Assembly (NCBI GenBank): GCA_964533295.1
Contig: CAZHLM010000001.1
Location: forward strand, 1,958-65,957
DNA length: 64,000 bases
Source: an uncultured Verrucomicrobiota bacterium
GTDB lineage: Bacteria; Verrucomicrobiota; Verrucomicrobiia; Palsa-1439
Direction of reading: 5' to 3'
How positions within the stretch are numbered: position 1 is the first letter of the stretch; every line of letters begins with the position of its first letter. The notes under the pieces were generated by a model. That model was given only the letters and a program-made list of their open reading frames with translations, was not told the origin of the DNA and did no database searches. The position numbers and the translations under genes are program-made. This document shows, piece by piece, positions 28,301 through 37,326 of the stretch.

Positions 28301-28702
28301 CCGACTCACACACCAACCGCCACGCCGCCCACGCCCACGGCGACGGCCCAACCCGGCCAGCGCGCGTCCGAGACGCCGCCGGCCACCACGACTCCGACCC
28401 GGACACCAATGCCCACCACGACGGCGTCCGCGACCGTCTCGCCGACGCCAACGCGCGAGCCCAGCCGCACTCCGGTCCAGATGCGCGTCACGCCCGTGAG
28501 GCTGACTCCGACCCCGCCCGCGCCAAGCGCGCGAAACGGCTGGCTCTGGCTATATGGGCTCGCCACAACAATTCTTTCCGGGCTGATCCTGGGCACGACC
28601 GCGCTGCTGCGTGACCCGCGGCCGTGGGCCCTTCGGCGTCTCACGGCCCTGGCGGCCTGGCAGCTCCAACGAAAGCAGGACTTTGAGGACCACACACCAT
28701 GA
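25331..28702 (+). CDS. Large cell-surface protein: N-terminal domain with DUF4114-like motif, Thr/Pro/Ala linker, ~7 DUF11 repeat domains, Pro/Thr-rich stalk and C-terminal TM anchor
   Basis: Signal peptide MSRRSTPLMAGLFVAAVFALTSGPAHAA. WEDWTDADYNDVALIV. Repeated ...TWTC(A/S)A(S/T)GGxCG...GDI.TTV.L..GG.A(T/S)FT... units (DUF11). C-terminal WLWLYGLATTILSGLILGTTALL. Confidence 0.7.
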   Translation: MSRRSTPLMAGLFVAAVFALTSGPAHAARYGSPTVIGPVPANGVLRVYLKAMSASGPHRLNFLNTRTGAFSTVSTPGGSYGLVGLATTLPVATGDSVQIEMLNDNTGGSMAIGYEDPVAAWQCNGGDDFGDLYGMAAAAGAPILAVQCWEDWTDADYNDVALIVSYEPATVSTNTFTPTATQTATWTPTATRTPTATATATATWTPTATATATPVRADLSVTVSNSESSVTAGTATIYAVVVRNDGPNPVTAAPVSASFSAAFGSLTWTCSATGGMCGAGSGSGSVNTTVSLSAGGSATFTVSGLVRHDATGVASASASVSTAGGVQESDPADNSSSDSDPIRVITDLSLTKGNGTGVVIPGTETTYTLVVANGGPSRAVDVPVTDIFPAQLEAVTWTCAASAGACGSDAGAGDIHALVSLDPGGTASFTAVARVRADATGTVSNLAALGVPSGAIDPTPEDETATDVDVLEPRADLALSLANGVDAIVPGTDTSYTVTVTNRGPSTVAGARVSVPFAAQLSNISWSCAATGGACGLAGGDGDVETTLTLSPGGSATFTATGRVAAGATDALTQAATVGVPAGVLDPDTANNRAVDTDALAPVADIAISKSVSPSSLAPGQWVTYTITVLNAGPSDAPTVTVTDYLAPDLQNATWTCAASAGSTCAKASGSGDIQTTVDLKAGGMATFTLRTRVRSTAAGVVNNSATADVGGSVLDPNPGDNHSGDIPVVLFPEAGLAIVKTNGVNAITPGLPVTYTITVHNGGPSAARGVAVLDMVPAQLAGATWTCAATVGSRCAIDAGSRDISTTVDLLDDGQAVFNLVGRVPADAHLSGVGMTNTVSLTAPAGVTVPPGFQSSTDADPFAPQADLAVTLSSDAVPGAPPGTEIRQRLSLANLGPSVAVNARLVYRLPASAEVLAPPAGCTLAGDRITCDLGQLGTGDRRDVFIRLRHLEEGTLTTSAQASSDVPDPAEGNNSASHTSFTGPRPTTVPTHTPTATPPTPTATAQPGQRASETPPATTTPTRTPMPTTTASATVSPTPTREPSRTPVQMRVTPVRLTPTPPAPSARNGWLWLYGLATTILSGLILGTTALLRDPRPWALRRLTALAAWQLQRKQDFEDHTP
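25850..25990 (+). repeat. Tandem codon repeats (accgcgac...) encoding a TPTATATAT linker
   Basis: Reiterated acc-gcg-act/gac units inside the DUF11 protein gene. This is coding low complexity, not CRISPR. Confidence 0.5.
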
Positions 28703-29298
28703 CTGAACTCACCCTCCTATCCGTCATCATTCAGGTAGCGACCCTCCTGGCACTCCTGAGCCTGGGCCTGATTGCGAGCTACTACTTCAAGTGGCAAGCC
28801 GTCGAGCTGGAATTGGCCCGTGCGGTGCTGGAGGACTGGGCCATGCTCGAACGCCGGAAGTTCCGCGAGGCGAAGGCCGCCCAGACCCTGGTCCCGGATC
28901 CCCTGGCCTGGGCCTCCGCGCAGTTGGCCGATGGCCTTGGCTTCGAGACTCAGGTCACCGCGGTCGCGCGGGCCGTCCCGGCGATGCGCGCGGTCGAGCT
29001 CATCGCCGCGGACGGGCGCCGGGTCGTCATCTCCCCCCTGAGTGCCCGGGCCATCAAGCAGGCGCAGTCCCTGGGAAAGGGCCACCTGGCCGCCGCGTAC
29101 AACCAGCCGCTCATCAATGGCCGCAGGCCGGTGAGCGTTGAGCGGACTCTGCTGAGTGCTGGCGACTACTTTGACCTGGAGGCCGAGCAGGCCGGGCAGC
29201 GGTTGAACGTGTGCTGGGCTGGCGTCACCCGCCTGTGGTTCCACGTGCTGCCGCCCCTGGAGCGACACGCGGGGCCACGCGAGGCACGGGTGAATTGA
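28699..29298 (+). CDS. Hypothetical membrane-anchored protein (199 aa)
   Basis: ATGA overlap with the DUF11 protein gene. N-terminal TM LLSVIIQVATLLALLSLGLIASYYF. Confidence 0.45.
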   Translation: MTELTLLSVIIQVATLLALLSLGLIASYYFKWQAVELELARAVLEDWAMLERRKFREAKAAQTLVPDPLAWASAQLADGLGFETQVTAVARAVPAMRAVELIAADGRRVVISPLSARAIKQAQSLGKGHLAAAYNQPLINGRRPVSVERTLLSAGDYFDLEAEQAGQRLNVCWAGVTRLWFHVLPPLERHAGPREARVN

Positions 29299-29328
29299 CA
29301 TGCGGCGCGGTGGAGTAAGGGGGCGCTC

Positions 29329-29997
29329 ATGGTGACCCGGCTGCGCCGCATGGCGCTCACGGATGCTGCCCTGCCGGCGTTTGGTGTCCTGGTGTCCGGC
29401 TTAGTCCTGGCAGCCGGCGTCTATGGCGGCTGGGAGGCGGGCCTGATGGTCCTGGCCCTGCTGTGGCTGACGATCATGGCGGCATTCGATGTGAAGAGCC
29501 GCGAAATCCCTCATGCCGGCCTGGTGCTGGCGCCGTTCCTGGGGGCGTCGGGATATGGGGTCTGGCGCGGCGATTGGGCGCTGGCCGGACTCGCGCTCGT
29601 CGTCCTGGCCGCCAGCGAGCGAGACCGGCTGCCTGGAGCCTGGCGGAGGGTCGTCGTACTTGTGGCGCTAGCGGCTTGCGCAGGGCTGCTCTGGCAAATG
29701 CGGCCCGAGTCCCTGGCCGGCGCCCTGGCTGTCCTGGTCTTCTGGGTCATGTTCGATCTGAATTGGTGGGCGGGGATGGATGCCCTGGCGGCGATCACGC
29801 TCGTCGTCCTGTGGCCGGACCTGGCGATGGTGCTGGCCATCGGCCTGGCGCACCTGGGCCTGGCGCTCGTCTCTCGCCGGCCCCTGACCCGGCCCCGGCC
29901 GCTGCGTGCGGAAGAGCTGCTCGCGACCGGGCGGCCGGGCTTCCCGGCCCTGGCGCTCTCGATGGGTTTGTACTGGATTCTATGGCTACTCAAGTGA
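29329..29997 (+). CDS. tadV: Prepilin peptidase (A24 family, TadV/CpaA-like)
   Basis: Polytopic membrane protein. Candidate catalytic Asp motifs AFDVKSREIP and WWAGMDALAAI. Confidence 0.65.
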   Translation: MVTRLRRMALTDAALPAFGVLVSGLVLAAGVYGGWEAGLMVLALLWLTIMAAFDVKSREIPHAGLVLAPFLGASGYGVWRGDWALAGLALVVLAASERDRLPGAWRRVVVLVALAACAGLLWQMRPESLAGALAVLVFWVMFDLNWWAGMDALAAITLVVLWPDLAMVLAIGLAHLGLALVSRRPLTRPRPLRAEELLATGRPGFPALALSMGLYWILWLLK

Positions 29998-30004
29998 GGG
30001 AACG

Positions 30005-31483
30005 ATGATTTTTACAAATCTGGCAGAGGCCTTCAGCGCCCAGAGCGGCAACGCGGCTGGCAGCCAACAGACCGGTGGCGGGTTGCTGGGCCTGCTCGGC
30101 CCGAGCGCGTCCACACCTGGGCTGAACCCAACCGTCCGGCGCGAGATCTTCGACGAGGTGGCGCGCCAGGTCGCGGCCGAGTTCCGGGCCGAGCAGCTCC
30201 GCACGCCGACAGACGCTGACCGCGAGGCCGTGCGGGTCCGCGTCAATCAGGCCACGGCCATCGCCGTCCGGCGGCGGGGCCTGTCCAGCGTGCCCTACGA
30301 CGAAGAGCAGCGCCTGGCCGCGGACATCGCGCGCCGGCTGGTGGGCCTGGGCTTCCTGGACCTCCTGCTGCCGCCGGCGCGCCACGACATCGCCGAGATC
30401 GCGCTGGATGCCTTCGGGGTCGCGTGGCTCAAGCTCAAGGGTAAACGCGAGTTCGAGCCCCTGGACGATCTCGACCTGGACCTGGTGGAGGTCGAGACGG
30501 TCTTCTCGAATTTGCTCGGCCAGCAGCTCAAGGCCGCGAGCGAGGCCGAGCCATCCATCAACGCCAAGCTGCCGCGCACCCGGGCCAACCCGGGTGGCGG
30601 GCGCATCAAGTACATCCATCCCATCATCACGCCGGGCGCGGGCTTCCCGTCGGTCAACATCCGCCTGTTCGAGCCGGAGCCTGTGAAGCCGGAGAAGCTC
30701 CTCGAGTGGGGGATGCTGGACGAGGGGACCCTCGACCTGGTGGCAGGCCTGGTGCGACGGGGCCAGCGCGGCTTCATCTGCGGGGGGACCTCGTCCGGCA
30801 AGACCACCATGCTCTCGATGCTGTGCAACTTCCTGCCTGTGAACTGGCGGGTTTTGACCATCGAGGACCCGCAGGAGATCTGGATCGACAACCCGCACGT
30901 GGTCACTCTGGAGGCCCGCCCCGCCAGTGCGGCCAGCGAGCTGCGGCCATATCTCCTGCGGGACGGCGTGGACGACGCCATGCGTATGACGCCCGATTAC
31001 CTGGTCGTCGGCGAGGTGCGCGACGGCCTGGCGGGCCAGGGCCTGTTCCGGGCCATGATGTCCGACCATGCCGGCATGTCCACGTTCCATGCTGAGAGCC
31101 CGGCCCTGGCCGTCGAGCGCATGGCGCTTCTGTTGGAAGCCGACACGCGCACCAGCGGCCTGGCAGCGCGCAAGATGTTCGCCTCGGCCCTCGACTGGCT
31201 GATGCAGATCGGCTTCGACCCTGCCGGCCGGCGGCGGGTCTTCCAGGTGGTCGAAGTGGACGAGGAGCTCGCCAACGGCCAGGTGACCTTTCAGAAGCTG
31301 GTTGCGTATGAAGGTGATGGAGTCTGGCGACAGGGGGGCGGTCCCGGCCGCGAGCGGGGCGGACACGGAACCGCCGCGGCCCTGCCACGAACCTGGCGTG
31401 AAATCATGGCCCTGGATGCCGGGCTGCGGGAAAGGTATCGGCCGGTCATCGAGCGCCGCCGGGCGGCCTTCCGGGCAACTTGA
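30005..31483 (+). CDS. cpaF: CpaF/TadA-type secretion ATPase (type II/IV secretion ATPase family)
   Basis: Walker A GGTSSGKTTML, Asp box LTIEDPQE, Walker B DYLVVGEVRD, and His box region. Confidence 0.85.
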   Translation: MIFTNLAEAFSAQSGNAAGSQQTGGGLLGLLGPSASTPGLNPTVRREIFDEVARQVAAEFRAEQLRTPTDADREAVRVRVNQATAIAVRRRGLSSVPYDEEQRLAADIARRLVGLGFLDLLLPPARHDIAEIALDAFGVAWLKLKGKREFEPLDDLDLDLVEVETVFSNLLGQQLKAASEAEPSINAKLPRTRANPGGGRIKYIHPIITPGAGFPSVNIRLFEPEPVKPEKLLEWGMLDEGTLDLVAGLVRRGQRGFICGGTSSGKTTMLSMLCNFLPVNWRVLTIEDPQEIWIDNPHVVTLEARPASAASELRPYLLRDGVDDAMRMTPDYLVVGEVRDGLAGQGLFRAMMSDHAGMSTFHAESPALAVERMALLLEADTRTSGLAARKMFASALDWLMQIGFDPAGRRRVFQVVEVDEELANGQVTFQKLVAYEGDGVWRQGGGPGRERGGHGTAAALPRTWREIMALDAGLRERYRPVIERRRAAFRAT

Positions 31484-31574
31484 AAGGGGGCGATGACAGG
31501 AAAACGGACCTCCCGCGGCCGTGGCCGCAACACGTGGTACATGCACAACTCACCCTACCCAAGGAGAAACTGAC

Positions 31575-31721
31575 ATGCTGACTCGATTGCAAAACAAGGG
31601 CCTGGAGACGCTGGAGTGGATCGGCATCGGCGTGGTCCTGATCATCGTGGCCGTGATCGCCTACAACGCCCTGGGCGGCAAGATCGTCGAGTGGATCGCC
31701 CAGGTCGCCGGCGCGATCTGA
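31575..31721 (+). CDS. flp: Flp-family pilin (class III signal peptide)
   Basis: Perfect RBS aaggag. MLTRLQNKG|LETLEW: G at -1, E at +5, aromatic at +6, followed by a hydrophobic helix IGIGVVLIIVAVIAYNALGG. 48 aa. Confidence 0.7.
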   Translation: MLTRLQNKGLETLEWIGIGVVLIIVAVIAYNALGGKIVEWIAQVAGAI

Positions 31722-31728
31722 GGCCGCC

Positions 31729-32136
31729 ATGCTGACGCGACACAGCCGGCGCGGTCTGGAGGTCCTGGAGGCAGCGGCGACGCTCCCCCTAATGCTCTTC
31801 CTCCTGACCGCGATTGCGAACCTGGGCTTCGTGGTCTACGCCCAGCAGGCCGTGCAGAACGCGGCCAACTACGGCGCCCGGATGGGCTCGACGGCCCAGG
31901 ACTGCCGCTCGTGCGTGGCCGCCGGCGCGGCCTGGTCGTCCATCCGCCAGACCGGCCTGCAGAACGCGGGCGTGGATGTACTCGCGCCCGGCGGGGTCGT
32001 GGGCAGCACGCTCAAGATCCGCGTGAGCGCCCAGGTGCCCAACCTGCTCGGGCCGCTGGCCGCGCTGCTGGGCGGGAGCCTGGGCGATCCCTTCCAGGTC
32101 TCCGCCGAGGCGACGTTCCGGGCGGAGGGCTGGTAA
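31729..32136 (+). CDS. tadE: TadE-like pseudopilin/pilus assembly protein
   Basis: N-terminal RRGLEVLEAAATLPLMLFLLTAI, the TadE-like domain. Confidence 0.65.
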   Translation: MLTRHSRRGLEVLEAAATLPLMLFLLTAIANLGFVVYAQQAVQNAANYGARMGSTAQDCRSCVAAGAAWSSIRQTGLQNAGVDVLAPGGVVGSTLKIRVSAQVPNLLGPLAALLGGSLGDPFQVSAEATFRAEGW

Positions 32137-32217
32137 AGCAGTAGGCAGGAGGCGGTTGGCAGAAGGCAGTGAGCAGTCATTGATAACTGCCTTCTGCTCT
32201 CTGCCTCCTGCCTACTG
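32137..32217. repeat. 81-nt imperfect palindrome/hairpin in the tadE-tadG intergenic region
   Basis: Arms gcagtaggcaggaggcggttggcagaaggcagt / actgccttctgctctctgcctcctgcctactg (about 27 of 32 positions complementary), loop gagcagtcattgata. No T-run follows. Confidence 0.5.
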
Positions 32218-32231
32218 ATCACTGGAGATTT

Positions 32232-32663
32232 ATGCTCAAGACACGACACGCCTACTCCACCCTCTTTTGGGTCGGCTTCCTGACATTCGCCGTGGTGCCG
32301 CTCCTGGCACTGGCGATCAACGTCGGCCGCTGGTTCTACGCTCGGGCTGAGATGTACAAGGCGGCGGATGCTGCGGCGCTGGCCGCAGTACAGGAAGTGG
32401 ATGTGCCCATCTACATTGAAACCGGCCAGATCATCATCCGCGACACGGCCTTCGGCAAGGCTCAGGAGTACGCGACCTTGAATGCCAATTACCTGATCAG
32501 CCGCAAGATCTACCCGAGTGTGACGGCGATTGAGGTGGACAACGCCCGCAAGACCGTGCGGGTGAAGGTCATGGCCGCGGCCGAGGAGCTCGTGCCCCTC
32601 ATCGGGACCGTTTATCTGTACGGAGAAGGGGAGGCCCAGGTGCGAGGCCGTTTCCAGCCATAG
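32232..32663 (+). CDS. tadG: TadG/TadE-like pilus assembly protein
   Basis: N-terminal TM, then AAVQEVDVPIYIETGQ..., typical of TadG-like proteins that follow tadE. Confidence 0.55.
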   Translation: MLKTRHAYSTLFWVGFLTFAVVPLLALAINVGRWFYARAEMYKAADAAALAAVQEVDVPIYIETGQIIIRDTAFGKAQEYATLNANYLISRKIYPSVTAIEVDNARKTVRVKVMAAAEELVPLIGTVYLYGEGEAQVRGRFQP

Positions 32664-32856
32664 CGTCCCCATTAAGGCGGACTGAGACGAACGTTTCGGA
32701 ACGGATTCCGAAAGGCTGCCGGGCTTAAGAAGGAGTTCGTGACGGCCACCTAGGTGGCCCGCCATTCGCAAAGCACCGCATCATAAAGTCCGTCCCCTCG
32801 GCCCGCATCCCAGTCCTGGACAACCCATCGAAGTGTCTTTCAAGAGAGTGATTCTC

Positions 32857-35800
32857 ATGACTCGTATTCCTGCTCGCCTGCACCCGGCCCAATTCAGACG
32901 CGGCGCGTTGCGCCAGGTCAGCCGATGGCTGCCGCCCGTGATCCTTCTGTTCGGGCTGGTGGCTGGCCTGACCGCCCCCGCCCAGGCGGCGACTTACTGG
33001 CAGTTCCTTGGCTTCGGGAACACGGTGAACGCGCTCGCCCTGGACGTTGGCGGAAACCTGTATGCCGGCAGCAAGGCGCCATTCTCCAACATCAATAGGT
33101 GGGATGGCGCTGCCTGGCAGGGCCTGGGGCAGGCCAACCAGAACGTCCTGTCCCTCGCCTTCCACGACGCGACGAACACCCTGTACGCGGGCGGCTATTT
33201 CACGTTCGTGAGCGGCGTGCCCGCCACGTATGTCGCCCGGCGGACCGGCTCGGGGTGGTCCAGCCTGGGGTCTGGCGTGAACAACGCCGTCATGGCGTTG
33301 GAGCTGGATGCGGGCGGCAACCTGTATGCGGGCGGCGACTTCACGATGGCCGGGGGCGCCCCGGCCGGCTATGTGGCGCGCTGGAATGGCTCCGCCTGGC
33401 AGACCCTCGGGGCCGGGACCAACAACATCGTCTATGCCCTGGAGGCAGGCGGCGGAAATCTCTATGCCGGCGGCTCCTTCTGGGAAGCGGGCGGCGCCTC
33501 AGCCAGCCGCATCGCCCGGTGGAATGGCTCCGCCTGGCAGGCGCTCGGGTCCGGGATCAACAACACCGTCTATGCCCTGGCCTTTGACCCGGAGACGGGC
33601 AGCCTGTATGCCGGCGGAACCTTCACGATGGCGGGCGGCGTGCCGGTCAGCAACATCGCCCGGTGGAACGGCTCCGCCTGGCAAGCGCTGGGGACCGGGA
33701 TCAATGGCGCGGTGCTGGCGCTGGCCCTCGATGGCGACGGCAACCTATACGCTGGCGGGGAGTTCACCCTGGCCGGCGGCGTGCCCGCGGTCCGCGCGGC
33801 CAGGTGGGATGGTATCCAGTGGTCGGCGGTCGCCGCGGGTACTTTTGACAACTCGGTCCGGGCGTTCGCCTTTGACGCCGCCTCGGACAGCTTCTACGCT
33901 GGCGGGGACTTCACCGGCCGGATCGCCAGGCTGGCAGAAGACAACACACCACCCACCAACCCGACGGCCACGACGGCCGGCGCCACCAGCGGCGCCTGGA
34001 CCAAGCAGGGCAATCCGCTATTTGCCCTGTCTGGCGCCGCCGACGCAGGTTCCGGGGTGGCCGGCTACTACTGGTATTTCGGCCCGGACAGCGCGGGTGA
34101 GCCGGGCACCTGGACGCCGTCCACGAGTATTGACCCGGCCCCGGTCGCCGACGGCACCTACTACCTGCGCGTGAAGACCCAGGATGCCGTGGGCCACGTC
34201 TCAGCCGCTGAGACGGTCTTCGTGTATCGCTACGATGGCGTCGCCCCGTCCAGCCCCACGATCACGGAGATCCACGACCTCGTGTCCGGTGCATGGCACA
34301 ACCACTGGTGGGAAGCCCCGGCCTTCACCTTCAGCGGGGCGTCGGACTCACTTTCGGGCCTGGCCGGGTATGCCGTGTGCTGGGATGCGGCCGAGGGCTG
34401 CGCGCCAACGGGTTTCCAGGCCGGGACTACGTATTCGCCGGGGTCCCAGATGGATGGCCGTTACACCCTGCGCGTGGTCGCCCGCGACCAGGCCGGGAAT
34501 GAGTCGCCGGCCACGGAGTTCGTGTATGCCCTGGATGCTACGCCGCCGGCCAACCCGGCTGCGGCGATGGATGGCGTGACCAGCGGCGAGTGGACCAGCA
34601 ACGCAGACCCGCTGTTCACCCTGTCCGGGGCCATTGATAGTCATTCCGGCGTCATCGGCTACAAGTGGTATTTCGGCACGTTCGACGACCACGCGCCTGA
34701 CGCCTGGACGGACACGCCAACAATTGACCCAGAGGCGCTCATGGCCTGGACCGGCACCTATTATCTCCGGGTCGCGGCGGTGGATGCTGCGGGCAATGAA
34801 GCCTATCCCGAGACCGTCTTCGTCTACCGGTACGACAACGACCCGCCCTGGCCATCCGGCCCCGTGACGGATGCCGCCGGCTCAGCCCATGACACCTGGC
34901 AGGGCACGGTGGACGATCCCGCCTTCACCTGGCCGGCCTGGGCCGACGTCTCCGGCATCGCCGGGTACGCCGTCTATTTCGGCCCCGAGGAATGGGGTGC
35001 GCCGGAGATCACGACGACGGCACCTGTGTTCGATCCGGCTGGCCCGCTTGAGGAAGGGACCTACTACCTGAATGTGATCGCCGTCGACAACGTCGGCCGG
35101 AGCAGCCTCGAGACCTGGTGGGAGCACTACGTCTTCCGCTATGACACGACCGCGCCCGGTGAGCCGGGAGCCGCGGCGGAGACGCACGGCGCGCAGTCTG
35201 GCGCCTGGCAGAGTGTGGTCAGCGCGCCATCCTTTACCTGGGCCGAGGCCGCCGATGCGGTGTCTGCGGTCTCGTATGACATCTATTTCGGGCCGGACCC
35301 GGAGGGCGTTATCCCGGTCACGACCACGGCCTCGCCGGCATACTCGGCGGTGTCCCAGGCGACCGGCATCGCTTATCTTCGAGTCCGGGCCAGGGATGGG
35401 GCCGGCAACACATCCGAGTGGGTGGACGCGTTCACGTTCCAATACGACGACGGAGCGCCAACTGCGCCTACGGGGGCTGTAGAACTGGGAGGTGCTGTTT
35501 CGGGCGCCTGGGAGCGTGAGGTCTGCCAGCCGGAGTTCACCTGGGACGACGTGGCCGACGCCGACTCTGGCCTGGCCGGGTACGAGGTGTACTTCGGCCT
35601 GGACGAGAATGGCACAGCCGTGGTGGCCACAACGGCGAGCGCCGCCTTTGCGCCTGGCGACCTCTGCAACAGCGACGGCACGTACTATCTTCGCGCCCGT
35701 GCGCTGGACGTGGGGGGCAATCGCTCGGACTGGACGACCCTGTTCACGTTCCGCTATGACGGCATGGCCCCGAACCAACCGACCGCTTCGGTCGCAGGCG

Positions 35801-37326
35801 TGACGAGCGGGCAGTGGCAGAATACCGTCAACAACCCGGTTTTCGCACTTGACGCCAACGACTGGCAGTCGGGCATCGCCGGGTACAAGGTGTGTTGGAG
35901 CACAACCCTGGGCTGCTCGCCAACAACCCTAATTACCAGCACCACCTTCTCGCCTGGCCCGGTGGAGACCGGCCAGTACTTCCTGACGGTCGTAGCGGTG
36001 GATAGCGTCGGGCACGAGTCCACCCCGTGGAGCTATCTGTTCTTCTATGATGACACGGCACCGGTTGTCCCAACTGAGGCAACCGACTTGAATGGCTCGG
36101 CCTCGGACGTCTGGCAGAATGAAGTGGAAGCCCCCAGGTTCCGGTGGGCGGATGGGGAGGAGCTTGACTCCGGCCTGACAGGCTACGACGTCTACTTCGG
36201 CCCAGACCCTGATGGGACAAGCGCGGATCACTTTAACGGCCTGGTTTATTCCCCAGGTCCCCAGGCCGACGGCACGGCTTACCTGCGCGTCCGGGCGAAG
36301 GACTTGGCCGGCAACGCTTCGCCCTGGACCACGCTCTATGTCTTCCGGTACGACTCGACCCCACCGGGCCAGCCCGGAAGCGCCACCGACGCGCAGGGGA
36401 GCCTTTCCGGGGTATGGCAGGATACCGTGAGCGCGCCAGAATTCACGTGGACTGAGGCCAGCGACGCCCCCTCGGGCGTTGCCGGATACCAGGTGTACTG
36501 GGGTCGCGATCCCGAGGGCACGACGGTCGTCACGACCACGGCAAGTGCCGTATTTGCACCTGGTAGTCAAGCTGAAGGCATCTACTATCTGCGCGTGAGG
36601 TCCGTGGACATGGCTGGAAATGCTGGTGCATGGGGCACGCTCCTCACCTTCCAATATGACGCGAATGCGCCAGAGTTCGCGCCCGGCTATACGGCCATGG
36701 CCGACTCCGGGGTGATTTCCGGCACTTGGAGCACGAAATCCAGTCTCAACTTCACCTGGGCCGCAACCGACGCAGGCCAGGGCGTGGATCACTATGAAGT
36801 GTATTTTGGCCTGGACCCTGCCGGAACAACGGCCGTGACCATCCCTGAGCACGAGGGCGTCTACACCGCGCACATGGCCGACCAGGGGTTGCACTACTTG
36901 CGCCTTCGGGCGGTGGATGGGATGGGGCATCAATCGGAGTGGATCACTGCATTTATCGTGGGGTATGACACAGAGGCGCCCAGCGCACCGACGAGTGTCA
37001 CCGCCCCGACTGGAGTCGAGGATGGTGTTCCACAGTCAGCAGTGAACGCGCCGACGTTCACCTGGAGCGGAGCGAGTGACGCGGGCAGCGGGATTGCGGG
37101 GTATCTCGTGTATTTCGGGCCAGACCCGAATGGCACACCGACGATCGGAGTCGCTGCGCCTAGTTTTACCTCGGGAGTTGTGGAGAGCGGGGCTTACAGC
37201 CTGCGTGTCGTAGCTTTTGATGGCGCCGGCAATGATGCTGCTCCAGTAACGTTGCTTACCTTTGTATATTCGGCCACGCCACATATTCCGGCATGGACGG
37301 TTCATTTGCCACTGGTCGTACGATGA
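32857..37326 (+). CDS. Giant secreted repeat protein (~1490 aa): N-terminal beta-propeller-like repeats followed by ~11 Ig/FN3-like ~100-aa repeats
   Basis: Signal peptide ...LFGLVAGLTAPAQA. Six reiterations of ARWNGSAWQALG...NxVxAL...GNLYAGGxFTxAGG. Then repeats each containing (GYxVYFGPDPxGT). Alternative GTG start at 32833. Confidence 0.65.
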   Translation: MTRIPARLHPAQFRRGALRQVSRWLPPVILLFGLVAGLTAPAQAATYWQFLGFGNTVNALALDVGGNLYAGSKAPFSNINRWDGAAWQGLGQANQNVLSLAFHDATNTLYAGGYFTFVSGVPATYVARRTGSGWSSLGSGVNNAVMALELDAGGNLYAGGDFTMAGGAPAGYVARWNGSAWQTLGAGTNNIVYALEAGGGNLYAGGSFWEAGGASASRIARWNGSAWQALGSGINNTVYALAFDPETGSLYAGGTFTMAGGVPVSNIARWNGSAWQALGTGINGAVLALALDGDGNLYAGGEFTLAGGVPAVRAARWDGIQWSAVAAGTFDNSVRAFAFDAASDSFYAGGDFTGRIARLAEDNTPPTNPTATTAGATSGAWTKQGNPLFALSGAADAGSGVAGYYWYFGPDSAGEPGTWTPSTSIDPAPVADGTYYLRVKTQDAVGHVSAAETVFVYRYDGVAPSSPTITEIHDLVSGAWHNHWWEAPAFTFSGASDSLSGLAGYAVCWDAAEGCAPTGFQAGTTYSPGSQMDGRYTLRVVARDQAGNESPATEFVYALDATPPANPAAAMDGVTSGEWTSNADPLFTLSGAIDSHSGVIGYKWYFGTFDDHAPDAWTDTPTIDPEALMAWTGTYYLRVAAVDAAGNEAYPETVFVYRYDNDPPWPSGPVTDAAGSAHDTWQGTVDDPAFTWPAWADVSGIAGYAVYFGPEEWGAPEITTTAPVFDPAGPLEEGTYYLNVIAVDNVGRSSLETWWEHYVFRYDTTAPGEPGAAAETHGAQSGAWQSVVSAPSFTWAEAADAVSAVSYDIYFGPDPEGVIPVTTTASPAYSAVSQATGIAYLRVRARDGAGNTSEWVDAFTFQYDDGAPTAPTGAVELGGAVSGAWEREVCQPEFTWDDVADADSGLAGYEVYFGLDENGTAVVATTASAAFAPGDLCNSDGTYYLRARALDVGGNRSDWTTLFTFRYDGMAPNQPTASVAGVTSGQWQNTVNNPVFALDANDWQSGIAGYKVCWSTTLGCSPTTLITSTTFSPGPVETGQYFLTVVAVDSVGHESTPWSYLFFYDDTAPVVPTEATDLNGSASDVWQNEVEAPRFRWADGEELDSGLTGYDVYFGPDPDGTSADHFNGLVYSPGPQADGTAYLRVRAKDLAGNASPWTTLYVFRYDSTPPGQPGSATDAQGSLSGVWQDTVSAPEFTWTEASDAPSGVAGYQVYWGRDPEGTTVVTTTASAVFAPGSQAEGIYYLRVRSVDMAGNAGAWGTLLTFQYDANAPEFAPGYTAMADSGVISGTWSTKSSLNFTWAATDAGQGVDHYEVYFGLDPAGTTAVTIPEHEGVYTAHMADQGLHYLRLRAVDGMGHQSEWITAFIVGYDTEAPSAPTSVTAPTGVEDGVPQSAVNAPTFTWSGASDAGSGIAGYLVYFGPDPNGTPTIGVAAPSFTSGVVESGAYSLRVVAFDGAGNDAAPVTLLTFVYSATPHIPAWTVHLPLVVR

